From NCBI RefSeq assembly GCF_009914755.1, contig NC_060936.1: DNA of 64,000 nt; one strand, given 5' to 3'. Under the pieces are notes generated by a model, which was not told the origin of the DNA, did no database searches, and saw only the letters and a list, made by a program, of their open reading frames with translations. Numbering within the stretch: position 1 is the first letter of the stretch; each line of letters begins with the position of its first letter. The translations under genes and the position numbers were made by a program. This document shows positions 32,308 to 45,179 of this stretch, piece by piece. Source of the DNA: the human T2T-CHM13v2.0 reference genome, Homo sapiens.

Positions 32308-34459
32308 CTGGAATAAAGAAAAAAAGGAAAGTCATTAATAGCTGCTTTATTATAAAATACCATTAAAACAAGTATTTCAAATGTATTATTTTACATGTCT
32401 AGAAAGATAGCACACAAAGCAAGACGGCCAGCTAATCCTGTCTCTAAGAGCATAGGAAAAAATCCAGGACACAAAGCAAATTCTGAACAGAGCTTACCTC
32501 TCTGCAGCAGGGCTTGACAAGCAAAGGGAGAAACTTGAGAGGGTTTTTTTACTTCAGGTAATTGGTAAGAGTGATGGAATTATGGATGATTGTGACCTTT
32601 TTTGATTTTTTTCAGTATTATTTTCTATTCCTTTATATGAAATTTTTAAAAGAAGTAAGTATATACAGTATGCTTCAGCTAGTTCTAACCAAGACGAACC
32701 ACTCTAGATCAGTTTCTCTAGCATTCATCAGAAGATGATTAAATGCAGGCAATCACTTCCTCAGCAGCACATCTAAAAGCCCCAATGTGCAGCTCAACCC
32801 TTGATGAATTGCAAGCTCTTTCCAAGAGCCCAGACCTAGGAGCTACTAGATGGCCTAGGAGACTAGTCTGGAGTCACCTGTGCCAACGCCCCATGTATAC
32901 ATAAGACTTCACCTGGGAGCTAGGAGACACTGCTCTGGGTATGGAGCTTTTACAGGAGCTGCAAACGCAGCCTGTGCCCGTTTGGTTGGGGAACTGCTTG
33001 TTTTCAATTCCTCTGGAGAGAGAAGAGTGGGTAATAGAACAAGTTAAAACACCACAAACTTTGCTTTTCTTATAGAGGTTCAGCATCTTTTCTTGAATTA
33101 ATGCCCTTTAGATTGTTGTAAACCTTTGGTTAATTTCCAAAGTTTTGAAGAAAATGATTTTGATAATTTTCCAAGTATTTTCATTGTCGTCATGGAGGAG
33201 TGCATTTCCTTGGCTATTCCAGAAGTCCCACCTCCCTTCTGAGATTTTATAATGGTATTTCTTATGGTTATCCTAAATACACTTGGCAAGTCATCTTATA
33301 AACCACCAATAATAGCCTCTTAAAAACTCAAAAATTACTTCACTTGGCTAACAACATAAATGCAAATTAATTCAATAATTATTGAAGAAATTAAATTTTT
33401 AAAAATTAAAAAATTGCAGTGTTGAAATTCTCAACCATGCTTATCCAGATCTTTTCCTATATTACTAACTGTCCTGGGCTTATCTTAAATACTTCTCGGA
33501 AGATTTACTTGTTTTATACCAGGATAGGCAAAGTATGGCCCATGGTGCATTTTTGGACTGTATGCAAGCACGGTTGCTATAATTTTTAAAAGGTTGAAAA
33601 CTTTAAATGGTTGTAAAGATGCTCATTAACTGTTTATTAGGCTTCATTAATTTTAAAATATACAGAGACTATCCTGTTCAACTATATTTGTATCCTATTT
33701 CTAATTCTCCCAACAATTATATACACTGGCAAAAACTCTTCAGATGATATATAAGGAAAAGGTCAAATATACTACCAAATTCATCCAGCTTTCCAAAGAT
33801 GCTCAAAATCTTTCTGTGTCTCTCACTCCCTCCCTTAACCCACATACCACATCTGAAAAAAAATGATATGGTGTAACGATGCCAGTATTCTAAATGCTTG
33901 AAGGGCTTATCACATGCCCTTTCCAAGCTGTGACAGAAGAATGTCCCCTGGACCACGGCATCCTATCAATCTCACCTCTGAAGGTGACCCAGCCTCATAC
34001 TTCACTGAAACAAAGACCATTAGACACCAACACTCCCAACTTCTTTTATTTCCACTTTAACATTTCTCCATATAGTAATCCTCACTTTTCTACTCCCTGC
34101 CATCTCAGAAAAGGAATTCTCTCTCCTCTTTTCCACAGTTAGCTTCTCAAATTTGTGCCTTTAATTCTACCCCTCCCAAATATTGCAAGACTTGCTCCAC
34201 TAATTATTTCCTCTCTTGGAATCTTAATCTCATCATCTTCTCTTGATCCTTCCCCTCAGCCTTTAAAACTCCTAGACCTTAAAACACTCTCTGCGATCCG
34301 ACAGCCCTTCAAACCAATATACTCCCTATCTCTCTCTCTCCCCTGGTTCAATGACAAGATCTTTGGCCAACTTCTTTCTACTCGGACCTTGCTATTATTT
34401 CCTACTAGGCACGCACAAACCCTTGCTTGTTAAACTGATCTCCTTCAAGACTCAAGAAA

Positions 34460-35810
34460 AGCGCCATGCGGCTCCCTCCTAGGGCTCTCCTGCCCTCTCC
34501 TCACCGATGCCGAGAGTGGTTCTGCTGGAGAACCGCCGCGCCTGCAGTTCCTGCACCTTTTCCCGGAGCTGCGCCAGGGAATTACGGACGAACTGGAAGG
34601 GGCCGAGAAGAAAGGTCTTGGCCACCACCTCTAGCTCCAAGCCTTTTCGCTCTTTCAGACTTTGGATCCTCCCCGGGGAGGACCTCCAGGAGCCCCTTGG
34701 CAGTTTCCCGCCGCCTAGGGCCGACTTTTCCATCTCCTCCTCTACCTCCGGCTCCCGGGCGAGGGAGGCCCCGCGCCGCCCCTTAGACTGGCTGCGGCCG
34801 GAAGATTGCAGCCGCTTTGAGCTTACTCCTTGTTTTCTCATAATCAAGGAGTATGGTGGAGCTGGGTCAATTTCAGGCACAGCCCAGCCGAGTCAGGCGA
34901 GGTCCAGAGAGACCTGACTCGCCTGGCAGCCTCAACGGACTTGTCCCCGCAGCCGTTGCGGACCTCCCGGTCGTCATGGCGACTGTGAAATGTGGGGTGG
35001 GGCGCATGCGTTGGAAGCCATTCGCGCGGGCAGTCCCTGAGTGTCCCCTCACGTGCTCCCCAGCGCGAGCAGCACCCCCGCCTCTGCGCTTCCCAGAGCG
35101 TGCAGCTTCCGGTGAGGGCAGCCCCACGCACAGCCCCCCACACCCTCCCCAGCGCCTGCAGCCTCCGGTGCGCGCAGGCCCCAAGCCCACATGCGCAGTC
35201 CTCACCTTGCGCGCAGCCCCATGTACAGCCCCGGACGGGCTCCCAGCCCCACTGGCGCAGAACCCATCACCGCTTGCCCTTCACGCGCTTCATTGGGAGT
35301 GCAGCCCCCACCCCGAGCGCGCAGCTCCACGCAGCCTCTCCACACTCTCCCCAGTGCCTGCAGCACCCCCAGTGCGCACAGCTCTGCCAGTCGCTTCCCC
35401 GGGCGCCGCCCCTGCACCACTTCGGCCCATAACCTTGCGGCGACTGTCTGAAGAACTTCCCGTGGTTTCATTCTTTTCTTCGGGTTTAGTCTTAGCTGTG
35501 ACATTTTAACCAAAAGATTACACGTTAATTAACGAGGTATTAAAGGGAAAGATCTCAGCTGAAAGAAATGACTGTAGGAAGTGTGTCAGGGAAGCCAACG
35601 GAACCGCCGGCCCGCCGGCGGTGCGCCCGGCATTAGGAACGTCTCTGCTCCCCTACGATCGCTGAGGTATCGGACAGTCAGTGCCCGTTGCCAACGCAGA
35701 GGGAACGGGCCGAGACTGCGGGCAACAAGTGGCAGAGCCGGCGTGAGTCCGGTGGGTCTGATCCCAGAGCCTCAGGTTGACGCCACTTCCTTGGCACGGG
35801 ACAGCGTTTA
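34460..35810. promoter_or_regulatory. DPY19L2: CpG island / DPY19L2 promoter and 5'UTR
   Basis: GC- and CpG-rich block over exon 1 in an AT-rich background; X-box-like GTCGTCATGGCGAC at 34970-34983, MYB-type CAACGG motifs, NRF1-like GCGCATGCG at 35002-35010, CACGTG at 35050-35055. Confidence 0.85.
34505..34841 (-). CDS. DPY19L2: DPY19L2 coding exon 1 (c.1-337), probable C-mannosyltransferase of the spermatid inner nuclear membrane
   Basis: ATG at 34841-34839; translation [24 protein letters not shown]...[11 protein letters not shown] matches the recalled DPY19L2 N-terminus; donor G|GTGAG at 34504; 337 nt, phase 1. Confidence 0.96.
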
Positions 35811-37274
35811 CTGAATCTTAGAGCAAAATGCTTTTCCAATAAGGTTCCTCAGAAGTCATCAGCCCTAGGAGCGGTGTGCTCAAGCGCTTTCAGCACCAGC
35901 CAGGACCAACTAAGAGGGGAGCGCTTAGCTCCCAGTCACCGCACAGCCCTACAAGAGGCCAAAGCGGCTGGCACAGATGCACTGGGGCCACTGACATTTT
36001 CCATGTCCTCTGTCACGGGCCACATGCTGGAGCCCACACCGCTTCACTTCCCATCTGTTTGATGATGGATCACATTGAACTCCCATACCCTAACTGACCA
36101 ATCTAAAGCCTGGCTCATTGTGGCCAGGTTAATTTTTCCTGATGCAACACAGCACAAAAATGTTCGTGGCCCACAAATCAAGTCCTAGGCTTGCTCACCA
36201 ATGCCTTCAATATTTGCCCAATATACCTTTTCAACTTTAATTTCCCACTTCCTCGGGCACAAAATCTTCCATCTCAGTCATTTCAGGTAAAGTCCACAAC
36301 CTGAGACATCATAACTGCTGAATTCCTTTATTCATGTGGAAAAGCCATCCCTTGGCTTTTGCATCCTTTTCTCCCTGCCCATCTGAATGCTGTCACCTTC
36401 CAAGCCCCAGCCCATTTCTCCAGCCCATATTAATTATGCTTTTTCTGAAGGTCTAGAGCACTTAACTGACAGTACTATTTATCTTCTCACTCAGTTAAAT
36501 TCAGTAAGTGCTACTACTGCTCATTTTTTGTTTTGGGAGATTTTTTTCAAGCAGCATTTCTGCATTCCTGGCATTGTGTTTGGTGCTCAAAATGTTTTCT
36601 CACTTAATCATGCAATGACTGTATGCAAATTTTAAAATCAAGCATCAGGATGTAGTTATTTGCCCAAGTTTTAACAGCTAATAAATTCTATCTATCCAAT
36701 ACTGCATTTAAAATACAAAGTATTTACGGTGGTTAAGAAGAATATATTCTTGAATGGCTAGGCAAACTCAAAGCACCTTATTTTAAAATATGACTGTTTT
36801 AATGTGTTTTGGAACAATAAGTGAAGTGGAGTGATTGTTTTTCTTTTTGGTCAGTTTGGTTTTTCTGGAGTTTCCAATTGCCTTTTGCATCACTTGGTGT
36901 CCTGATGGGATACAAAATGCTCTTACCCATGGTCTAGCCCTTGAAAGTACAAATCTGGTCATTTTTATCATTTAAAAAATTAATCTTTTTATAAGAATGT
37001 TCATTGTGCTATTATTTATATCGTTAAAAAATAGAAGTGGCCTCAGTATCAAACACTAAGTTATGAAACATTCATATAGTGAAGCATTACAGCCACTAAA
37101 GTCATTTTGCATGGATATTTAATGATATAGGAAAATAGTCATGATATAATGTTAAAGGAAAAAAGAAGCAGGATATATTTTATGATTCATATGTTTAGTA
37201 AACACATAAAATTAACTGTGTGCCATGTGCTGCTCTAAATCTTTTACACAGGGGACTCATATAGGAAGATTACC

Positions 37275-37430
37275 AATGTATGACCTTGAGCTAGTAATTT
37301 AGCCACTCTAGGATTAATTTCCTCATCTGAAAAATGAAGACAGTTATATTTGTCTTACTGATGGTATGATTGAATGAATTAATGCTTGTAAAGCATCAAA
37401 AACACAGCACATGCTTAAACAAATGTTCCT
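37275..37430. mobile_element. MIR remnant
   Basis: tgaccttgagctagtaatttagcc...tttcctcatctgaaaaatgaag core. Confidence 0.7.
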
Positions 37431-37477
37431 TTATTATGTTCTAGACCGGCCATCCTATAGTGCAGTAGTGAGGATTT

Positions 37478-37524
37478 TTAGGTTGGTGCAAAAGTTATTG
37501 CTATTTTTGCCAACACTTCCAATT
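37478..37524 (+). mobile_element. MADE1 (Hsmar1 MITE) half element
   Basis: TTAGGTTGGTGCAAAAGTTATTGCTATTTTTGCC resembles the Hsmar1 TIR. Confidence 0.8.
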
Positions 37525-37987
37525 AATATTTTGCTCACTTGGTTTCTTTGTCATCAAGTGATATGTTAGTAATTATTAAACAGTAATACATGTTTTAGGT
37601 TCATTAGTTAACTGAGAGATAGTTGCCTAAATCATTATGTATCTACTCCTACTAAGGAGAGGAGTAGATTTGTGTATAAGAGGGAAATCATGACACTTAG
37701 TTTTATGTGCAGTTGAATAGAATCATGGATGTTTTCATGTTTTTACAGCTTCTGTAACAGTGGTCACTTATTTTGACCTCATTATTTTGAATGGTTATTT
37801 GAGTCACATTTTAGCTGTATACTAACTAATCACTATAATGACTAATAACTTAAAGCAGTTACGTTGATAATTTAATCTATGATTAATTGACAATTAAAAT
37901 AGCACATTATAATTAGATAAGATGCAATATATTCTTGCATTATCTTATCATCTTTGAAACAGAGATGTCTCATGATTTAGCTTTTTT

Positions 37988-38776
37988 ATATATATGTTTT
38001 TATTATACTTTAAGTTCTAGGGTACACGTGCACAACGTGCAGGTTTGTTACATATGTATACATGTGCCATGTTGGTGTGCTGCACCCATTAACTCATCAT
38101 TTACATTAGGTATATCTCCCAATGCTATCCCTCCCCACTCCCTCCACCCCACGACAGGCCCCAGTGTGTAATGTTCCCCTTCCTGTGTCCAAGTGTTCTC
38201 ATTGTTCAATTCCCACCTGTGAGTGAGAACATGCGGTGTTTGATTTTTTGTCCTTGTGATAGTTTGCTGAGAATGCTGGTTTCCAGCTTCATCCATGTCC
38301 CTACAAAGGACATGAACTCATCATTTTTTATGGCTGCAGAGTATTCCATGGTGGATATGTGCCACATTTTCTTAATCCAGTCTATCATTGTTGGACATTG
38401 GGTTGGTTCCAAGTCTTTGCTATTGTGAATAGTGCCACAATAAACATACGTGTGCATGTGTCTTTACAGCAGCATGATTTATAATCCTTTGGGTATATAC
38501 CCAGTAATGGGATGGCTGGGTCAAATGGTATTTCTACTTCTAGATCCCTGAGGAATCGCCACACTGTCTTCCACAATGGTTGAACTAGTTTACAGTCCCA
38601 CCAACAGTGTAAAAGTGTTCCTATTTCTCCACATCCTCTCCAGCACCTTTTGTTCCCTGACTTTTTAATGATTGCCATTCTAACTGGTGTGAGATGGTAT
38701 CTCATTGTGGTTTTGATTTGCATTTCTCTAATGGCCAGGGATGATGAGCATTTTTTCATGTGTCTGTTGGCTGCAT
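37988..38776 (-). mobile_element. 5'-truncated L1PA5-like 3' end
   Basis: ORF2 C-terminus and 3'UTR; TSD ATGATTTAGCTTTT (37972-37985 / 38777-38790); inserted at the tail of the adjacent Alu. Confidence 0.94.
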
Positions 38777-38786
38777 ATGATTTAGC

Positions 38787-39072
38787 TTTTTTTTTTTTCC
38801 TCAAGATAGGGTCTCACTGTCACACAGGCTAAAGTGTGATGGTGCTCACTGAAACCTTGAACTCCTGGGCTCAAGGGATCCTCCTGCCTCAGCCTCCTGA
38901 GTAGCAAGGACTACAGGTGCAGGCCACCACACACAGCTAATTTGTTTATTTCTGTAGAGATGGGGTATCACTATGTTGCCCAGGCTGGTCTAAAACTCCT
39001 AGACTCAAGCACTCCTGCCGCCTCTGCCTCCCAAAGTATTGGGATTACAGGTATGAGCCACTGCACCTGGCT
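38787..39072 (-). mobile_element. AluJ
   Basis: gggtctcactgtc...ctcctgggctcaagggatcctcc...tatgttgcccaggctgg. Confidence 0.88.
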
Positions 39073-40892
39073 GCAAATTATCTGTCTTACATAGAGATCT
39101 CTAATCCGGTTATGGATATCTAAAACTTGCCTCAGTTTTTTCCTTTGTCTTTTAGTAAAACAATTGGGAATTTTAAAAAATGCAATTAAACTATGTAACC
39201 AGCAGATGGCAATAATGATCTGTAAATCAAAATTTCAAAAGTTACTTATTAAATTCATTCTTTAAAAAAAAATCACTGTTCTTATAATAAATCCATTTAC
39301 TAAATATGAAATGTAGGAAAATTCCAAATGTAACCCCACATAAAAATTACACTGCATATTTCATATGTCAAAATAATTAAGATATTCATCATGGCCAAGA
39401 TTTAGTTTTCCAAATAATAATGACTTTAATTGATTCAAATAATTTATTAGATTTAAAGTTTTAACTTTGCACAAATACATAGATATAATTTAAGTGGATA
39501 GTTAAGTTCCATCTCTAGCCTCCAGGCTAGATAAAGGTAGTTTAGCGAAGGCCATTTTGAAAACATTACAAACTTTTCCAGTTATAATTTGGTAATTTAA
39601 AATATGAATTTCACTTTAATTGAAACTTTCTGCATAAAAGATTGGTTTTTATTTGTGCTGTCTCATAATTTCTTATGCATTAAGATACTTTTCGCCCTTT
39701 GTACAGTGCAAGGAGTTGGAATTGGCACCAAAGTATTAGTCTCTACTTTATCAGCATTAGTTATTCCCAAAGATGGTGGCAAAATTCTTAGGATCTCATA
39801 GTTATTTTATTTAGTAATTGTATTTATTTTCATTATACCTTTCTAAGATTTTTTCTACAAACTCAAACATGAAGTACATCCTTTGTTTAATTTTGTAGCT
39901 CCATTTTTGCCTTTGAAAAATAGGATAGCCATAGGTATGTTCTTCTTGGAGCTTACTTATTTTCTAGGTAATTTCAAATTGGTCTGTTTATAAATGTTAA
40001 AAGATCCTTTCAAATTCTTCTTCAGCAAGTTCCCTCCACTAAAAAAGTGTCTTTGGACATGTTTATTTTATAAAACAACTGCTTCAGTCTAAAACCTTTC
40101 TTGGATTTACATATCTTGGATTGACTCATTTTTAAATAGTTATTTGCTGCTGTCAAATTACTTTACAGAGCCTCTTTAAATTCATATTGGATGCAGGTCT
40201 TCGTCAAGGAGAAAGTGGAAAGACACCAACTTGCCGTGAAGCATACAGCAAGTTTAGATGTAAATGCATCTGTAAGTGATACTTTGCACAATGCTGTCTT
40301 TTGGACTATGGGAGAAAGGCATCTGTAATAACAAGTTGGAATTTCCAAGAGTTCCAATCTATTTTCTGTGTCCATGAGGGGGCTATCCACTCCCCACTCC
40401 TAGCCTCCCCCAAAAAACCCCAAAACCAAAAAACTAGAGCTCTGTAAGCCACCCATGCCCTGGTCATGTAGTGCTCCAGGCCTATGTCAGATATGACATA
40501 CCTTATAAACAACTCCAGGCCTTTATCAGATAAGACAAGCCTTATAAAGTCATGTCTTATTCAAAGGAAGGGAGGTGATCCATAAATTAATTGGGAGATT
40601 CTTTCAGCTCCAAGTAGAGAGACTGCACAATTGCATAGTATATGCATATTCATTTGAACCAGATTGGTACTCAGTTATCACTGTTAAATGACTTAACCAA
40701 CATATACACAACTATACTTATATACATGTACCACATCCCCAAATCTACAAAATCCATTTTTCCCTGGATTTGATGGTAATATACTATGTACAAACTCCAT
40801 CATATTGAGATTATTTTTATTTACCACCAAAGTAACTAATATAAGAATTACTACATTCAATATTAATAAGCAAAAGCCTCTACTATATTGGT

Positions 40893-41138
40893 CCATTTTC
40901 CCCATTTAGTAAAAAAAAAAGTGCAGCTTGCTGCCAGTGCTCATTTAATTTTACATAAACACTTTATTTGAGGCTGAAGCAAATCTGACTGATTTTCAAC
41001 ATGAAAATAAAATATAAAAACTGTTCTTGGAGTTATTTATAAACAGAATTTGTCTCTAATCCTAATGTAACAGAAATGTAGATGATGATGTTACAGTAGG
41101 ATTAGAGATGAGTATTTTTGGGGCAAACAGGAAATGAT
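40893..41138 (-). mobile_element. MER75B non-autonomous piggyBac element
   Basis: Matches the recalled MER75B consensus (TTTGCCCC..AATACTC..TCTCTAATCCTA..GTAACATC; AATCAGTCAGATTTGCTTCAGCCTCAAA); TTAA at 41139-41142; internal hairpin. Confidence 0.85.
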
Positions 41139-42139
41139 TTAAAGAATGAGTTTCAGAATATTTATGGGCAGATTAAATGCAAAACATAGTAAAAGTGCCA
41201 ATGATACATAATGAATCTGTGTGCTGTATTTTACATAATATAATATTTTAGGTTGATTTAAGATTGAACTTTGATTATAATATAGAGTTGAAGATATATC
41301 ACTAGACTAGGCCCAGTATGCTTTGGTCAATTGACTTTGTTTCTCTAGTTCTGATTTCCTCAACTATAAAATACTTTGGATGACATGGCCTAAATAAGGT
41401 CTTTTAAACTTATTTGATTCTAGTTGGTATTTGTACAAATATTTAGGTAGATGCACCTGCTAAGTCATACAGTGGCCTGTACTAAGATCTCTTTTTACCA
41501 CTTTTTTCCTTCCCTCCTCCTCTGCCTCCAGCTATGTGTTCAGACTCCACCCTGAGGGTCTTACTCTGCAATCTATCCCCCAGTTTGTCCTCTAGTACCT
41601 ACACTTGTCATTGCCCACCCAGAGGGCTGAGTTCATCTCTCTCTCATCTCTTTGGCCCAGCCCCAACCTGGTCTCCCCCTTATCCCTGAACTTTATTCCT
41701 CTGATTCCTTCTCACCTGCACTGCCCAGTCTCTAAGTAGGGTGGGCCTCCTTGTTCCTATTTTCTAATTACTTCTATCTACTAGTAGCCTAAATGGCAAC
41801 TAGAGAATAAGGAGGAGAGTGAGACAGCCCTAAATAAATAATAAGTGTTTATATCAAGACCACCAGACTTGTTGGGGGCAGCAGAGCTCTGCTTTCGCAT
41901 AGGTATGGACCCATCCCCTAAAGATAAATATGGAACTTTAAAATGCTCTCATCTTTGGTACCATCCATTGAAACCCTTTTTGAGATACTTATTAGTGACA
42001 ATTTATAATCCATTAGTAGAAAAACCATAGAGTTTTGCAGCTTTTCTATTTCTTAATTAAGGCTGTATACCTGGGTTCAAAAAAAGCGAGGTAGACTTTT
42101 TTTAAAAAATTAAAACTTGGAAATATTTAAAGGGCTAGT

Positions 42140-44800
42140 GCAGTGTCTTAGTTATAAGTGTTAACAGAATTTAAATCTTCACCATTCCTAAAAGAAACCC
42201 CATACCCACTTGCAGTCATTTCCATCCCTCCCTCCTTCCAGCCTCTGGCATGCACTAATCTATTTTCCATCTCTATGGATATTTCTATGCTGGACATTTC
42301 ACATGCATGGGATCATATAACATGTAATCCTTTTTGACCAGCTTCTTTCTCTTAGCATCCTGTTTTCAAGGTTCATCCATGCTGTAACATTTATCGTACT
42401 TCATTTTTTATAGCTGAATAATCTTCCATTATGTGGATATACCACATTTTATTTATCCATTTGTCAGTTGATGGGCATTTGGGTTGTCTCCACTTTTTGC
42501 CTATCATGAATGATGCTGCTATGAACATTCGTGTACAGGTTTTTGTGTGGACATATCTCTTCATTTTTCCTGGGTGTACACCTAGGAGTGGAATTGCTGG
42601 GTCATATAGTAAGTAACCTTTTTTTATCCTTTTCACGAATGGCCAGACTACACCATTTTATATTCTTACCGACAATATATAAGGGTTCCAATTTCTCCAC
42701 ATCCTTGCCAACTTGTTATTGTAATTATAATTATAGCCATCGCAGTGGTTGTTAAGCGGTATCTCATTGTTGTTGTTGTTTTACTAAGAGGCTATTTTTA
42801 GAGCAGTTTTAGGTTTACAGAACAATCGAGTAGAAAATCTAGAAGTCCCGTATATCCCCTCTCCCCCATCCTGGCAGTCTCCCCTATTATTAAACTATTG
42901 CATTATTGTAGTGCATTAGTTACAACTGATGAACCAATATTGGTGCATTATTGACTAAAAAGTCCATAGTTTACATTATAGCTTACTCTGAGTTGCACAG
43001 TAGTATGAGTTTTGACAAATGCATGATTTCATGTATCTACTACTACAGTAGCATCACAGAGTTATTTCACTGGCCTAAGTATCACCTGCGTGCCATCCCT
43101 TCATTTCTCCCTCTTTCCCCCCAAACCATGGAAACCACCAATCTTTTTACCATCTCTGTAATTTTGCCTTTTCCAGAATGTCATATAATTAGAACGGCCC
43201 AGTGTATAGCTCATTTTTCACTAGCAATATGTATTTGAGATTCCTCCAAGTCTTTTCACAGCTTGATAGTGCATTTCTTTTTATTGCTGAAAAATATTCC
43301 ATTGTATGGATAATGGATGTACCACAGACTGTTCATCCATTACCTTTTGAAGGACATCTTAGTTCTAAGTTTTGGCAATTATGAATAAAGCTGCTGTCAA
43401 CAGTCATGTGCAGATTTTTAAGTGGACATAAAATTTTAACTCACTTGGGTACATACCCAGGAACATACTTGCTAGATCATATGATAAGACTATGTTAGTT
43501 TTGAAAGGAATTGACAAACTATCTTTTTAAATGGCTGTACCACTTTGCATTCCACCAGCAATGAATGAGAGTTCCTGTTGCTCCACATCCTCGCCAGCAT
43601 TAGCATTGCTAGTGTTTTGAATTTTAGCTCTTCTAATAGGTATGTAGTTGTAGCTCATGTTTTAATTTGCAACTCCCTAATCACATGTGATGTTGAGCAT
43701 CTTCTCATATGCTTATTTGCCATCTGTATATCTTTAAGTATCTGTTCAGAGAGATCCTTTGCCCATAATTTGTCTTTTCCTTACTGTTGAGTTTTAAGAG
43801 CTCTTTGTATATTTGAAATACGAATCCTTTATCAGATGTGTTTTTGCAAATATTTACTCCCAGAGTGTGGCTAGTCATTTTATTCTCTTAACAATGTTTT
43901 TCACAGAAGTTTTTAATTTTCATGCAGTCCATCATGTTAATTTTTTTGTCAATGGGTTGTACTTTTGGTGTTGTACCTAAAAAACCAAAACTACCTAGAT
44001 TTTCTCCTGTTACTTTCTAGAAGTTTTATAGTTTTGCATTTTGTGTTTAAGTCTATGATCCATTTAAGTTAATTTTTGCAAAAGATTTAAGGTCTGTGTT
44101 TAGACTTATTATTTTGCATGTGGATATTCAGTTGTTCTAGTACCATTTGTTGAAAAGATTATTATTTCTCCACTGAATTGCCTTTGTTCCATTGTCAAAG
44201 GTCATTTAACTATATTTATGTGGGCCTAGTTCTGGGCTCTCTGTTCCATTTATGTAATTGTCTATTCTCTTGCCAATAGTACACTGTCTTTATTACTATA
44301 GTTCTGTAGTAAGTTTTGAAGTTGGGTAGTGTAAGTCCTCTGACTGTTTTTCTTCTTTAATACTGTGTTGGCTATTTTGGGTCTTTTGCCTTTAAATAAA
44401 CTTTAGAATCAGTTTGTTCTTAGCCACAAGTAACTGGCTGGAATTTTGGTTGTGTTTGCATTGAATATATAGATCAAGTTGGGAAGAACAGACATCCTCA
44501 CAATATTGAGTCTACCTATCCATGAACATGGACTATCTCTCCATTTATTTAGATCTTCTTTGATTTATTTCATCAAAGTTTTGTAGTTTACCTTATATAG
44601 CTTTTGTGAATATTTTGTTTATACCTATTTGTTCTTTTTTCTTTTTTTAGTGATGATATAACTGTTTATTTCAAATTCCAATTGTTCATTTCTGGTATAT
44701 AGGAAAGCAACGGTCTTTTAAAGTATTAATCTTGTATCCTCTAACCTTGCTATAATTCAGCCTTGCCATAATCACTTATTAGATGTATGAGTTTGTTGAA
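42140..44800 (-). mobile_element. L1MB plus nested L1MC/MD 3' and ORF2 fragments
   Basis: Antisense ORF2 C-terminus remnant ([12 protein letters not shown]...KCPSTDKWINKMWYIH) and tttttagagcagttttaggtttacag 3' end. Confidence 0.8.
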
Positions 44801-45179
44801 AGCACATTATTTTCTATTTTTTAAAAATATCAATAAAAACAGGAAGGAAAAGATCCATTAAAACTCCAAACAAACCGAACAAATAAACCCACTTGTATTG
44901 CACATGAGTAACATAACTATCCAGGAGGACAAAAAATGAATTAATCAAAGTAACTGCTGAACATATCATTTGGCTATATACCGTTAGTTGAGTAGCACGG
45001 AAACAATGCAAACAAACCCTGACCTCTTTTTAGAAGGTTTGTGTGTTGTAGTTGTACAGGTGAAGCAATCTGAAATTAGTTTTAAGTGTATGGTAGAGTT
45101 GAGTAAATAAATACGTTGAGGTAACTGTTGAGCCTTCTTCCACTGTATTCCATACAGATATCGAATGGGGCAAAGCAAG

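Noticed and set aside
34466-35814. Many overlapping 100-218 aa ORFs in the CpG island
   Set aside because: Expected from stop-codon scarcity in GC-rich DNA; only the DPY19L2 frame has homology and splice support
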